NCBI RefSeq assembly: GCF_001194135.2
Contig: NC_069004.1
Span: 14,783,991-14,847,990 of the forward strand
Reading direction: 5' to 3'
DNA length: 64,000 nt
From: Octopus bimaculoides
Lineage: Eukaryota
Position numbers and translations under genes: made by a program. Below, piece after piece: positions 1 to 13,418 of the stretch. Under the pieces are notes generated by a model, which worked only from the letters and a program-made list of their open reading frames with translations, did not search any database and had not been told where the DNA came from. The number at the start of each line of letters is the position of its first letter. The stretch's first letter is position 1.

Positions 1-134
1 AAACTATCTATCTCCCACCTCACTACATTAATTGTTTTCAATTTTAATTAGTCTTTTGGTGCATTAATTCATTTCAAAGAATAAAAACAATGTTTTTCTT
101 CGCTTTTTTTTTTTTTTAATCATTTTTTTAAGTT

Positions 135-352
135 CTAAAGCAACAAGCTGGCTGAACCATCAGCATGCCAGATGAAATGCTTTATGGTATTTCTTGTCTT
201 TACATTATCTGTTCAAATTCTAATGAGGTTGAATTTGACTTTCATCCCATCAGGGTCAAAGAAATAAGTACCAGTTAAGCACTGGTGTCGATGTAATCGG
301 TCAGCTCCCTCCTACCAAAATTTCAGCCCTTGTGCTTATAACAGAAAGAATT
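135..352 (+). mobile_element. tRNA-derived SINE, family B (head ~gagctggcagaatcgttagcac; (TTA)n tail)
   Basis: Aligns by eye to many copies in the window (925-1150, 1200-1365, 7925-8095, 42510-42620 on +; 5360-5525, 17915-18122, 43320-43765, 52360-52545, 61105-61300 on -); degenerate pol III box-like gttcaaatt motif; ends in (TTA)n. Confidence 0.8.
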
Positions 353-476
353 ATTATTATCATCAAATTTCAGGCTTTGTGCCAAAGGATTATTATTATT
401 ATTAATCTTAATGGCATTTCGTTTGTCTTTATGTTATAAGTTCAATTTCCACCAGGGTCAACTTTACCTTTCATCC

Positions 477-480
<4 letters not shown>

Positions 481-540
<60 letters not shown>
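481..540. repeat. (TTA)n microsatellite
   Basis: Perfect trinucleotide run; similar runs at 1145-1190, 4000-4090 and 31850-31900. Confidence 0.95.
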
Positions 541-1145
541 GTCATTGAGTGAGAGAGCAGAGCATGCCATCAAAGTGACACTGGGGTACAAATATATGAA
601 GCCCAATATCTACCCATCATGACTACCCATCTGATAAGGGTACACCAGGTACATGCATTACAACCAGATGTGCATGACATGGTGATCTCATATCAAGATA
701 AACAGGGCATGACCTTGCAGGTGGGGCCCAATTAGAATTTTCTTCAGGTCGAATAGCCCATCCCACTCGAAAGGTCCCTGAATGTTTGTTTAAGGATGAT
801 GAACAAAACGCTCATATTTCCTAAGGTGAATTATTCAAACCCCAAAGAATCCCTCTCAACACATGGCTATGATGCTCCCCCACTACTTCTAACTATTATT
901 ATTATTATTAGTATTAATATTATTGAGGCAGTGAGCTGGAAGAAACATTAGTACTTCAGACAAGATGCTCAACAGCATTTCATCTATGTTTATTATGTTC
1001 TGAGATCAAATTCTGCTGAGGTTGGCTTTGCTTTCCATCTTTTGGGGTCAACAAAATAAGCACTAATCGAGCACTGGGGGCATTGTAACTGACTAGCCCC
1101 CCTGCCCCCACTAAATCATCAGGTTTTATGTCTATAGTAGAAAGA

Positions 1146-1193
<48 letters not shown>

Positions 1194-1511
1194 CTTAGCA
1201 TTTCATCTGCCTTTGTGTTCTGAGTTTAAATTTCACTGAGGTCAGTTTTGCCCTTCATCCTTTCGGGGTTAATGATGTAAAAATCAGTTGGGATGTGGAG
1301 TTGATGTAATCAACCACCCATCCTCGCTCCAAAATTTTAGGCCTCGTGTCTATAGTAGAAAGGATTGTTTTTAGTTGTTTCCCTTACCTTTGTCTTAGTT
1401 GTGTTTAAGTATTGTTCATTAGAGTTAGCCACACCTTGTTATGGAGATAGTATCAATTAATGAAAACTACTGCATTTACCACATTAAATAAATTAGCATT
1501 AAGTTCATTAT

Positions 1512-1930
1512 ATAGGTGTAGGCGTGGCTGTGTGGTAAGTAGCTTGCTTACCAACCACATGGTTCCAGGTTCAGTCCCACTATATGGCACCTTGGGCAAG
1601 TGTCTTCTACTATAGCCTCGGGCCGACCAAAGCCTTGTGAGTGGATTTGGTAGACGGAAACTGAAAGAAGCCTGTCGTATATATGTATATATATATATAT
1701 ATGTGCGTGTGTGTGTGTATGTATATGTTTGTGTGTCTGTATTTGTCCCCCTAACATCGCTTGACAACCGATGCTGGTGTGTTTAGGTCCCCATAACTTA
1801 GCGGTTTGACAAAAGAGACCAATAGAATAAGTACTAGGCTTACAAAGAATAAGTCCTGGGATCGATTTGTTCGACTAAAAGGCTGTGCTCCAGCATGGCC
1901 ACAGTCAAATGACTGAAACAAGTAAAAGAG
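1512..1930 (+). mobile_element. tRNA-derived SINE, family A, full length (~400 bp, internal (TA)/(TG) tract, tail aagtaaaagag)
   Basis: Head ggctgtgtggtaagtagcttgc...ggttcagtccc with A-/B-box-like motifs; near-identical copies at 14833, 28673, 39135 and 61320. tRNA-derived SINE families (OK/OR1/OR2) are described from octopus; exact family assignment not made. Confidence 0.9.
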
Positions 1931-1933
1931 ATT

Positions 1934-2370
1934 TAGCATCAAATGCATTCCAGATGTAGTCATTGCATCATGTCTCAACCATTTCAACTAGTTTGTATTT
2001 GATTTACATAGCAATTGCTATGAGTAAGTTAGCACTAATTTCACTCTATAAATATATTGATGGTTGTTGTAGTTGTGGTGTAACTCCACACTAACTCAGG
2101 TCAGACAGTTCTAGCATCAAATGCTCTCCAGCTGTAGTCATTGCATCAAATATTTCAGTGCTTTTAACTAGTTTGTATCTGATTTAAATAGCAGTTGCTA
2201 TTAATGACTTAGCACTAATTTAACTCTAGAGATATGTTGGTTGTTGAGTAGTTCCAGGTCAACTCTGATCAGACAGATATAACATCAAATGCAGTCCAGT
2301 TGCGACCATTACATCATATGTTTCAGCCATTTCAGCTAGTTTGTATCTGATTTAAATAGTGTTTGCTATG
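1934..2370. repeat. Degenerate tandem repeat, ~2.5 units of ~170-180 bp
   Basis: t(a/aa)gcatcaaatgc restarts at 1934, 2112 and 2280, each followed by ctagtttgtat(c/t)tgattta. Confidence 0.75.
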
Positions 2371-4004
2371 AAGTTTTTTTTTCACAGGTAGAATTTTATG
2401 GGCTACTTACTCTGTCATGTGGCCAACTAGTTATCAAGTATGTCAATAGAATCTCATGGCTGTTCTGTCTGTGAAGAATATCTAGACATATTTACATCTG
2501 TCTACTTCCCACAGTATAAGTGCTATAAACTGTAGGCTGACTACACTAAATTTAGTTTTCTATACACATCTACACATACATTAATATATACATACAAAAC
2601 ACACATATATACTCACACATGTACCCATATTCATGTAGTTTTACATGAGCATATATATGTATGTATGTGTGTGTGTGTGTGTGTATAAATTGCTCTTTAA
2701 CAAGAATAGTGTTGACAGTGACTTTGAAGTTTTAGCATGCTTAGTCCTCCTTGGACAGTACCACAACTGAGTACCTCTTCTCTTTATATAGTCTCTGTTA
2801 AGTTTAAGTTTTCTGGTTTAGGTGGAGCTCTGTTGAATAATAATTAGGTTGTAATGGAAAGATATGATGGAAGGTTTTTATTGATTAAATTTGGAGTTAT
2901 GTTATTGTTCAGAATACAGTCATGCATATAGAACCTTGTAATCATACGTTTATTTAGGTGTGCTAGCCTGAAGTGTTGCAATTTTTTAGGAGTTCACAAA
3001 ATTATAGAGATAAGTGTTAGTTGGTCAATAGATGTGTAACTAGGTTTAGCTATTCTTTACCGTTTACATTTTTCAGTTGTTGGTTTGTGGCCATGCTGGG
3101 GTACTACCTTAAAGTATTTTAGTCTGGTGTATTTTAGTTAATGACTTTTAGTTGAGCTGCTAAGTTACAGAGACATAAACCAATACTAGTTGTGAAATGG
3201 TGGTGGGGACAAACACAACGATAGACTCACACACACACATACATATGATGGGCTTCATTCAGTTTCCACTTACCAAAATGACTCACAAGACCTTGGTGGG
3301 ATTGGGGCTATTATAGAAGACCCTTGCCCAAGGTGCTGCACAGGAGGAGTGAACTTGAAACCATGCGGTTGGAAAGACATCAATGGGAGGTTTATCCTCT
3401 TTGTTTTGGGGGCATGTGAAGGTTATAGTTCAGAGTATCATCCAGCATATAAAACTTTGTAATTCGGTGTGTTTATTTAGATGTGCCAGCTATTAGGCCA
3501 TGGACTTTTTAAAGATTCGCAAAAGAATGTAAGTAGGTAGAAAAGTTTGTTGGTCAGCAGATTTTTTTACTTGTTGTTGGTGTTATTCAAAAGATTTAAC
3601 TTGTTTATCTTATGAAAGTGGATGCTTTTGTTCAGAGTTCAGTCTGGTGTGTAAGACTCTGTGATTAGGTGTGTCAACTTCATGGTGCTGTTTGTATATA
3701 AATTTGTTTATCTTCTGCTTTAAGGTTCACAAAACAATGTAGGTAGATGGAAAGGTTAGTTGGGCAGCAGATTTCCCACTAGGAGTTAATTGTTATTGGT
3801 GTTGTTTGATTACTATTTAGAAATTTGACCTTTGTGCCTTGGGGAAGTAAAGTTTGTGGACTATGATTTTTGTAAATATTTGTATTATTCGGTTTCAAGC
3901 AGATATTAGTAATGATATTTATAATATATTATTTTGGACCTGTGAACATACACAAATGTGGGGCATTATGAAAATGTGTGCATATGATTATATAAATACT
4001 ACTG

Positions 4005-4085
<81 letters not shown>

Positions 4086-4161
4086 GTAATAATGATACAC
4101 AAAAAAATTCTAAGTAATTCCACACACAGAGGAAAACAGGAAAATAGAACTCAGAACATGA

Positions 4162-4204
<43 letters not shown>

Positions 4205-4689
4205 CATACATACATACACATACACACGGTCGCACATGCACACACACACACACATATATATATTATTTTTTTAAAGATTTAATTGGCAAAAGTTACAAAG
4301 TAACTCAAGGACCAAGCATTTCATACATTGCTACTTATTAAACTGGTTTCAAATTATGACGATTACATTTATATACACTGGTTAAAATGATAATTCTTTG
4401 GATTGTTCTAGAATAGATTATAAAGACAATTTGAAGGTTACCTGAATAATGCATATTTTTTCAAATGGTTTGCCCATTAAGCAATTAAATAATAGGTAGA
4501 CCACTAATAAATAAGGTAAAGTTAAAGGAAGGTGAAGGGGTACAATATATATATACACATAAATAAATATGCTGTTATATATGGATGCATAAAAAGACAA
4601 TGTATATGTGAATACATACATCTACACATGGATAAACACATTCACATACACATGCATCCACAACATTGCCCTCAGTATACTGGACCAGA

Positions 4690-4910
4690 TACTGCAACAG
4701 CTTGGGTTTCAAGATCCCACACTTCTTCAATAACTTCACAAAAAAGCACGAGCGACCTAATTGTGGCTGATGTAGGTGTCTTCAAAACAAAACTAGATCT
4801 CCTGTCAAGAGTTCCAGATGAATCTACCACATGGCAGGAAACACAAATGAGGGCTGCAACATGAAGCTCCATCATTCAACAAATGCTGCTTTTCAGAGGA
4901 GGCTTCCTAG
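4690..4910 (+). mobile_element. CR1/Jockey-group LINE, C-terminal ORF2 remnant
   Basis: Translates ...DVGVFKTKLDLLSRVPDESTTWQETQMRAAT, matching the FKxxLDxxLxxxPDEP...RAA end typical of CR1-like RT ORFs. Confidence 0.65.
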
Positions 4911-4994
4911 TAATGAGAAAGTAGCAAAACTAACAGTGGTACCCCAGCATGGCCACAGCTCTCAAGCTGAAACTAGTGAAGGAATATACATATA

Positions 4995-5355
4995 TCTTTT
5001 ACTTACTTCAGTCATTAGACTGTGGCCATGCTTCGGCACGACCTTGAAGAATTTTTAGTTGAATGAATCAGCCTCAGGACTTATATTTTTGTAGAGCCTG
5101 GCACTTATTCTGTTGGTCTCTCTTGCTGAACTAATACCAGTTTTCAAGCAGTGTTGGGGGTGGGGGTTAGAACTCAAAGAGACACACACATATACAATGG
5201 GCTTCTTTCTGTTTCTGTCTACCGAATTCACTTACAAGGCTTTGGTTAGCCTGAGGCTGTAGCACAAGACACTTGCCCAAGGTACCATGCAGTGAGACTG
5301 AACCTAGAACCATGTGGTTGGGAAGCAAGCTTCTTACCACACAGCCACATATATG
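4995..5355 (-). mobile_element. SINE family A, diverged copy
   Basis: Reverse complement of the family A head (cttaccacacagccac) and tail (cttttacttacttcagtcatt). Confidence 0.8.
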
Positions 5356-6183
5356 TAAGTCAATTACATCAACCCCAGTGCTCGACTGGTACCTATTTTA
5401 TTGACCCCAGAAAGCATGAAAGGCAAAGTCGACCTCAGCAGAATTTGAACTCAAAACATAAAAGATGGACAAAATATCGCTAAGCCTTTCATCCAGCATG
5501 CTAATAATTCTGTGAGTTCACCTATAATTCTATATATATATTTAAAGAAATATTTTCTGAAAATAAAAATTATTTATTATATTAAAAACATTTTTAAAAA
5601 ACAGAATGGCATCAACCTTTTAGAAGGAAGTTTTCATATTAGTTATTTTCTTTAAAAAATGTTCTATAATACATAAATATATATACACACATACACGTCT
5701 GCGGGTGTGTATGCACACACACACGTATACATGCACACATACATATACATATATGTTCATGTATCAATATAAGCATAATATGAATAGAAGCAAAAACAAA
5801 ATAAAAGCAGAATAAAATTATCTTATTTTCAAAAACACCCACTCTTATGCATAACTAAATATATGATTAAATGTGTATGTGCATATATACTTGTATACAT
5901 GCATACACATATGTGTGTGTGATACACACACAGACACATATATATATTTGTAAAAATATACAAGTATATAGATATAAGGCCATACCTGTAGATATATGTA
6001 TATATGGTCATACCTTTAGATAAGTGGGTATACATCTGTTGTGGATACACTTATCGAAGTAGTTTACTGTGGTAGAAAAAGTGGAAGGGGAAATAAAACA
6101 ATAAAGAAAGATAGAAAAAGAACTGTTAGTCTTGGTAATCTGTACTAGTATGAAACTATATGAAACTCTGCCAATGAAGTATA

Positions 6184-6225
<42 letters not shown>

Positions 6226-6995
6226 TGACAAATAACTAAAAACCGAGTTAGCAAATCATATTAATGCTTCATTTACAATTGTTTCATCGTGATTCAATAT
6301 AATCAATTTTGCATAATGCTGTAATTATTCCAGCAAGTATTGATTAATTTTATTGATTTTACATATATATATATGTATATACATACATGTATGTATGCAT
6401 GTTTCATCAGTTGGGGATATTTCTTCACTTTTATATTTTTCTGTCTTCCCCCTCTCTGATGATGGAATGCCTGGCTTATGGGATAATGACTAGCTATTCT
6501 AGAAACAGTTCTTAGAGATTCTATCTGTTTATATTCACTATATAATTTAAATGTTTTCAAGTGATGCCAGATATTTTGCTTTTCATTTTTTATTTTAGTG
6601 TATGTATGTATGTATGTATGTATGTGTATCTGAAGTATGAAGCCTGTTGCATTTATTTTGAACATTTGCTGTGTGACATCAAAGTGTTCATGTCCAAGGG
6701 AGATAATTCTTTCATCAAATTTACATCAAACCAATTGCTATCCTTTACTTAAACCTTTTAATATTCAGATTACTCTGTCAAATGTATAACATATTTATTC
6801 ACATTTTCAATTTTTTATGTATTGTCTCATACCTTCAAAATTTCAGTGCTGTGATTGCTTATGTTTAGAATAACATTGTAGGATAGGTATGAGAGGCAAG
6901 ATCCAGCTTGTCTGTACATAAATGAGGTAGACTGTTTGGGCCAGATACAGCTGGTTTAAACACTAAGAGGTTTTACTAAATTATATTCTTATTAA

Positions 6996-7202
6996 CTCTT
7001 TAGCATTCAAATTACTATATGAGATTCAATGCTTATTGATTCACATTGTTTGGAATTGATTAGGCATTATCTTGCAGCTTTGAGAATTTGGTGACAAGAC
7101 TGTTTATTTTTAGAATGTCATTATAAGAAGTCAAATCTCGCTGGCTTGAACATAAAACTTGCAGAATATTTCTGCAGGATATGCAGTTTAACTGCTAAGG
7201 GG
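6996..7202. mobile_element. piggyBac-type MITE
   Basis: TTAA at 6992-6995 and 7203-7206 flanking imperfect TIRs ctctttagcatt / actgctaagggg; a related copy lies directly upstream (~6753-6972). Confidence 0.7.
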
Positions 7203-9362
7203 TTAATTATTATAATAAGCATTGGCATAAAAATGGCAATTAGGTTTTTTAGGATTTGTTCATAATGCAGCCTTGGATATAACATCCCTTAATTCATTTT
7301 CTAGCCTTCTTCCACTGACTGTAAAATAGGCCTTGAAGAGTTGCTCTTATGCTTGCTTTTCTTTTCACTTTTTTTTTTTTTTAATGCCAGAACATTAAGA
7401 AGTCATTGTCAGAGGTGCCAACTATCTTGATTGACTAATATTATACTTAAATTGAAAAATTAAATAAAGAAAGAATGGAGAAGGAAAATAAATATTATTT
7501 CTGCATTTATCTGACATTTTCTATTTAAAATTAAACCTTCGGAAAAAATAGAGTGATGGGGTGTGGGTAGAGTCGGAAAGAAGAGGCATGGATTGGAATC
7601 AGGTTATGTTGATTACAACTTACCAACTGTAAAGGGAAAAAACTCATCATCTGAAGAATATGATTGAAATATGTCAATTTTGACAGCAAAAACAGGGTAA
7701 AGTCATGGAGAATACTCCAAAAATACATCAAGATATTTTGTGGTAAAAAAAAAAAAAGATTTGATTCCTTCTATTTAAAAAAGCAAAATAGGAAATAAGA
7801 AATTATGATTGATTTAATACTTGATGTGAACTCCAAATGAAAACTAATGGATGCTGGGGGAATGTCTATATAAACCTGCTTGAAGCAATTTTCCTAAGTT
7901 TATTATTATTATTATTATTATTATTATGGCGGCAAGTTTTACATTATTACATTTTGAGTTCAAATCCTGCCGAGATTAACTTTGCCTTTTGGGGTCGATA
8001 AAATAAGTACCAGTTCAACAATGGAGTCAATGTAATCGACTCATCCTCTCCTCCAAACTTACTTACCTTGTGGCAAAATTTGAAACCATTATCATTATTA
8101 TTATTATTATTATTATTATTAAGGCAGCAAGTTGGCAGAATCATTAGTATGTAACTGAGTTACTTCTGTCCCTGAATCTGCTGGTCTTTTGTGTTGGGCG
8201 TGGTAAATGACCAATGAAAGTAATACAAATATTGTTGTATATATGGCATAGTTAATTTCAGGAGACCCTTGTGGGCAGACAGATGTGTAGAAATATGTGT
8301 ACACAACAGAAGGCTCCTTCAGGACCAAATTCAATGAACATAAGTCTTCCTTTAATTTCTAGGAGTGGTGAAATTTAACAGCCCTAGCTAAGCATGCATG
8401 GTCAATGAAGGAAAGTGTTGTGGATTACAGAAACTGTGGCTGGTGAAGTCATAGAAATTCTCTGATAACCATTTCTGACTCTTTGCTGAGATATGATGAA
8501 AGGAAACATCAGCCCTAACAGAATTTGAACTCAGAACATTAAGACAGACAAAATACTGTGAAGCATTTTACCCATTGTGTTAAAGGTTCTGCCTGCTTGC
8601 CACACTCAAATGCTTTATAATATTAAAACTTGAATAAACACACACGCATTCACATCCCCTCTCTCTCTCTCTCTCTCTCTCACTCACTCTCTTTGTCCCT
8701 CTCTTTCTCTCTCTCGTGGGAACACATGAAGCTGAAAGCCTTCGGCAGTGATCCGTCAATACACATGCGTTACACATGTATGCCATACATCCTAGTGCAT
8801 CTACACATGCTGTGCATGTAAATAATGTGTGTAGCCATGTTAAACACTAACACAGTCACACGACACATATGTACACAGGTGAACTATACAAATCACCATC
8901 ATCTAAGTATGCTACCTTTGTAGACGAAGAAAGACCAGAGGAGGGGGAAATGATATGGCTTCTCTCTTGCTTTCCTCTCTGTTTTGCTTTTGTTTCTCTG
9001 TTCGTATCTCATTCTTTGGTTAGATTAAAAGATGTCGATTATCTGTGCACCATCGCTGTAAGTTTGGTTTATTCACTTCTGTTTGTTGCGCTGTGTGTGT
9101 GTGCTTGGAGGAGGTTGGGGGTGGAGTGGGTGGCCATGTGCACGAGTGCATGTATTTGTGATGTGTTTAGGTGTGTGTTTGTATGTGCATGAAAGGGGCA
9201 TGTGTGTGTGTGTGTGTGTATGCGTGTGTGCTTGTTTTCACTGGTTTCTCATTTGTATCTGAACTAATTTTTTTTTTATATCCTTATATATATATGCATG
9301 TGTGTGTGTGTATTCACACACATGTACACACACATATATAAATACATTATATGTATAGTATG

Positions 9363-9393
<31 letters not shown>

Positions 9394-11354
9394 NNNNNNN
9401 NNNNNNNNNNNNNNNNNNNNATATATAATATATAAAGAGAGAGACAGACCGACAGATTTTCAAAATATCTTTCTTTCTGTTGTTAATAGTCATAACATCT
9501 CACTGTATTTGTGTGTGTGTGTGTGTGTGTATTGAGTAAACTAGAGCATCGTTAAATAAAGTGTCTCACTCAAGAACACGACGCAGAGCCCAGTCCGAGA
9601 ATTGAACCCACTACCTCATGATTGTGAGCCTGACATTCTAACCACTGAGCCATATGTTATCGACCACATATACTTAATGTACGCATCCTGTGTATTTGCC
9701 AGTAGGCTGCAATTTGATAATGTGAAAAATACTCTCTCAAAGCGCTGGGTATTAAAACACCTGAAAGTCATGGGCAGGTGAGATAATTTTCCTCCAGTAC
9801 CTTCCAGGAGTAAAGGACATCAATGTTTTGCCATTTTTAATGGCTTATCAACATTATGTACCCAAACCAAATCAGAGATTCATCGTATCATCAGTCCACG
9901 GCTTATATACATATAGTGTGAAAACTATATGCTGGTATGCCCCGACAATGCATACATAAGAAAAAATTGAATTATGAAATAGAGCTAGTGATATGTCATT
10001 GATAATGTTTATTACACTACCATTGCTTCTATTTAATATTTGAATATCTTAGGTTGTCAAGAAAGTTCTTGTGGTTTTTAACCTTTAAATTGAGATCCAC
10101 ATATCTCGGCTCAAACAAAACTTTATTAATCGAAATAAACATCAGAATCAACACTCTTTTGCCAACTGAACAATCTGACAGGAGCTGGCAAGCGAGAGAA
10201 CTGCCTCAAGCTCCATTGTCTGTTTTGGCATGGTTTTCACAGCTGGAAACCTTTTCTAATGCCAGCCACTTTACAGAGTGGACTGGGTGCTTTTTATGTG
10301 GCACCAGCTCTAACAAGGTCTGTTTTACCATGATTTTTACAGCAACATGCCCTCCTAATGCCAACCTTGTTACAGAGTGGACTGGATACTTTTCACATGG
10401 CACTGGCTCTGACAAGGTCTGTTTACGCATGATTTTTACGGCAGAATGCCTTAGTTGGTTGTTGTCAACATCTGATGGCCAATCACTATGCTTATCATCT
10501 TCAAGACTTTTGTCACCGCTATGGAATTTCTTGAACCATCATTGTGCTGTACGTTCATTAGTGGTTCCTGGGCCAAATGCGTCATTGATATCTCAAGCTG
10601 TTTCAGCAGCTTTTCAGCCTTGCTTGAACTGGAATAAGAAAATTGTGCGAATTTGCTTTTTGTCCATTAGAATGCCTTTTCTAATGCCAGCCACTTTACA
10701 GAGTGGACTGGGTGCTTTTTATGTGGTACCAGCACCAGCAAGATCTGTTTTGGCATGATTTTCACAGCTGGATTCCTTCTTTATGCCAACCACTTTACAG
10801 GGCAGACCAGGTGTATAGTCTCAACGCATATTTTTCTTTTTTCCCCACTTAATGTAACCTCACCACCACCACCACTGTTTTTGCAAGCTGTCTGTATTAT
10901 ACCCACTCTCTGTTCATATCCCTTAAGTGCAATTTGGCTGCTATTTCTTGCAGGCCAAATTTGTAAGGCTCTATCCTATCACAGAAGTTTTGATTTATCT
11001 CTAGATCAGTCCTGATTCCACAGACCTGTGATCAAAGGTGATACATAATTATACCTTATCCTGTGTGTCCCTTTCTCTGTTTAAGACAGCAAGGTGTGAT
11101 TTGAGAGAGAGATTTGGTCGTTGTTTCTTGCAGGTCATTTAACCACATAGAGAGTCCATTATAGGAATGAGGTAATTAGATAAAGTGTCGGAAGGTGTTT
11201 CAGCCTCCTCATCTGATGAAATTGGTGCAAGAGATCAATACATAGGAACTTATTGATTTGTAAACCTGGCCAACGTACGCATGCACAAAATGTCAGACTT
11301 GTAAGCTAATACAGAGATATTGGACAGAAGACAGTTTGAAATTTATGTTCTCTA

Positions 11355-11439
<85 letters not shown>

Positions 11440-11895
11440 CTTTACTGTTTTCAGTCTTTGGACTGCAGTGATACTGAGGCACTGCCTCGAAGTGTTTTAG
11501 TCAAATGAATCAACTTATTTTTTAAGGCTTGGTATTTAGTGCGTATATTGGTGTCTTTTGCTGAGCCACGAGGTTATGAGGATGTAAACAAACCAATACT
11601 AGTTCTCAAGTGGTGCTGGGGTGTACATACACAAAAACACACATACAACCACATATGTATATGTGTATATGTATATATATGTATATTCATGTGTATGAGA
11701 AAGAAGTTTGTCATATATACATACATATATATGATAGACTTCTTTCAGTTTCCATCTACCAAATCCACTCACAAGGCTTTGTAGAAACCCAAGGCTATAG
11801 TAGAAGACACTTGTCGAAGTTGCCTTGCAGTGGGACTGAACCTGGAACCATGTGGTTAGGAAGCTTACTTATTACCCCACAGCCACATCTGCACC
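11440..11895 (-). mobile_element. SINE family A
   Basis: Reverse-complement head, internal TA/TG tract and tail. Confidence 0.8.
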
Positions 11896-12544
11896 TATAT
11901 ATATATANNNNNNNNNNNNNNNNNNNNNNNNNNNNNNNNNNNNNNNNNNNNNNNNNNNNNNNNNNNNNNNNNNNNNNNNNNNNNNNNNNNNNNNNNNNNN
12001 NNNNNNNNNNNNNNNNNNNNNNNNNNNNNNNNNNNNNNNNNNNNNNNNNNNNNNNNNNNNNNNNNNNNNNNNNNNNNNNNNNNNNNNNNNNNNNNNNNNN
12101 NNNNNNNNNNNNNNNNNNNNNNNNNNNNNNNNNNNNNNNNNNNNNNNNNNNNNNNNNNNNNNNNNNNNNNNNNNNNNNNNNNNNNNNNNNNNNNNNNNNN
12201 NNNNNNNNNNNNNNNNNNNNNNNNNNNNNNNNNNNNNNNNNNNNNNNNNNNNNNNNNNNNNNNNNNNNNNNNNNNNNNNNNNNNNNNNNNNNNNNNNNNN
12301 NNNNNNNNNNNNNNNNNNNNNNNNNNNNNNNNNNNNNNNNNNNNNNNNNNNNNNNNNNNNNNNNNNNNNNNNNNNNNNNNNNNNNNNNNNNNNNNNNNNN
12401 NNNNNNNNNNNNNNNNNNNNNNNNNNNNNNNNNNNNNNNNNNNNNNNNNNNNNNNNNNNNNNNNNNNNNNNNNNNNNNNNNNNNNNNNNNNNNNNNNNNN
12501 NNNNNNNNNNNNNNNNNNNNNNNNNNNNNNNNNNNNNNNNNNNN

Positions 12545-12665
12545 GAAACTCTGCCAAATCAGATTGGAGCCTGGTGTTGCCATCCGGTTTCACCAGTCCT
12601 CAGTCAAATCATCCAACCCATGCTAGCATGGAAAGCGGACATTAAACGATGATGATGATGATGAT
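12545..12665 (+). mobile_element. RTE-tail SINE (family C), young copy, 3' end
   Basis: gaaactctgccaaatcag...ccaacccatgctagcatggaaagcggac.ttaaacgatgatgat is almost identical to 22482-22630 and to the reverse complement of 51215-51370; (GAT)n tail. Confidence 0.85.
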
Positions 12666-13385
12666 AGATATATATATATACATATATATATATACATATA
12701 TATATAGGGCAGGGGCATATAAGTAACTGGTGTTGGAGTATGAACCACTCAGCCACTGCATCCCACTCCATAGGATATTGTTGTTGTTGTCATTGTTTTA
12801 ATGGTTATTAACATTATTCTGAAGAATGAGGTTGGTAACAATGATGGCAAGGGTGGTACTGAGCCAACACTATGACTGCTACTACCACCACCACTACCAA
12901 TGATGATAATAATGATGATGATGATGATGATGATGACGATGAGGTGAGGCTAATGATGACAGTGTTTATGGCTGCAGAGATAGCAGAATCATTGTTGGGT
13001 TAACTTAATGATTATTAACGAATAAGCAAGAAAAAAGGAAAAGAGGGACGAAGGAAGGAAGGAAGGAAATGAGGCAAGCGGTGGTGGTGGAGGTAGCGGT
13101 GGAGGCAATAGATGGTGGTGGGGGTGATGGACGTTGTTGGTGGTGGAGATGATGGGTGGTGTTGGTGGTGGCGGTGGCGGCGGTGGTGGTGTTTAGGTAG
13201 AAATCTCATGAAGTTGTAGTTCTGATGTCTTTTGAAATGGTTCATTTGTAAGTAAATGTTTATTAGCTGAATATCTTATTCCTTTTGTACGACAAGAGTG
13301 ATTGAAGTGCCAGGCAGCTGCAGGCTGCAACCCCCCCCCCCCCCNNNNNNNNNNNNNNNNNNNNNNNNNNNNNNNNNNNNNNNNN

Positions 13386-13418
<33 letters not shown>

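Noticed and set aside
1512-1600. tRNA-like sequence at SINE heads
   Set aside because: A/B-box-like motifs are present, but there is no complete cloverleaf and the sequence continues into SINE bodies; not tRNA genes.
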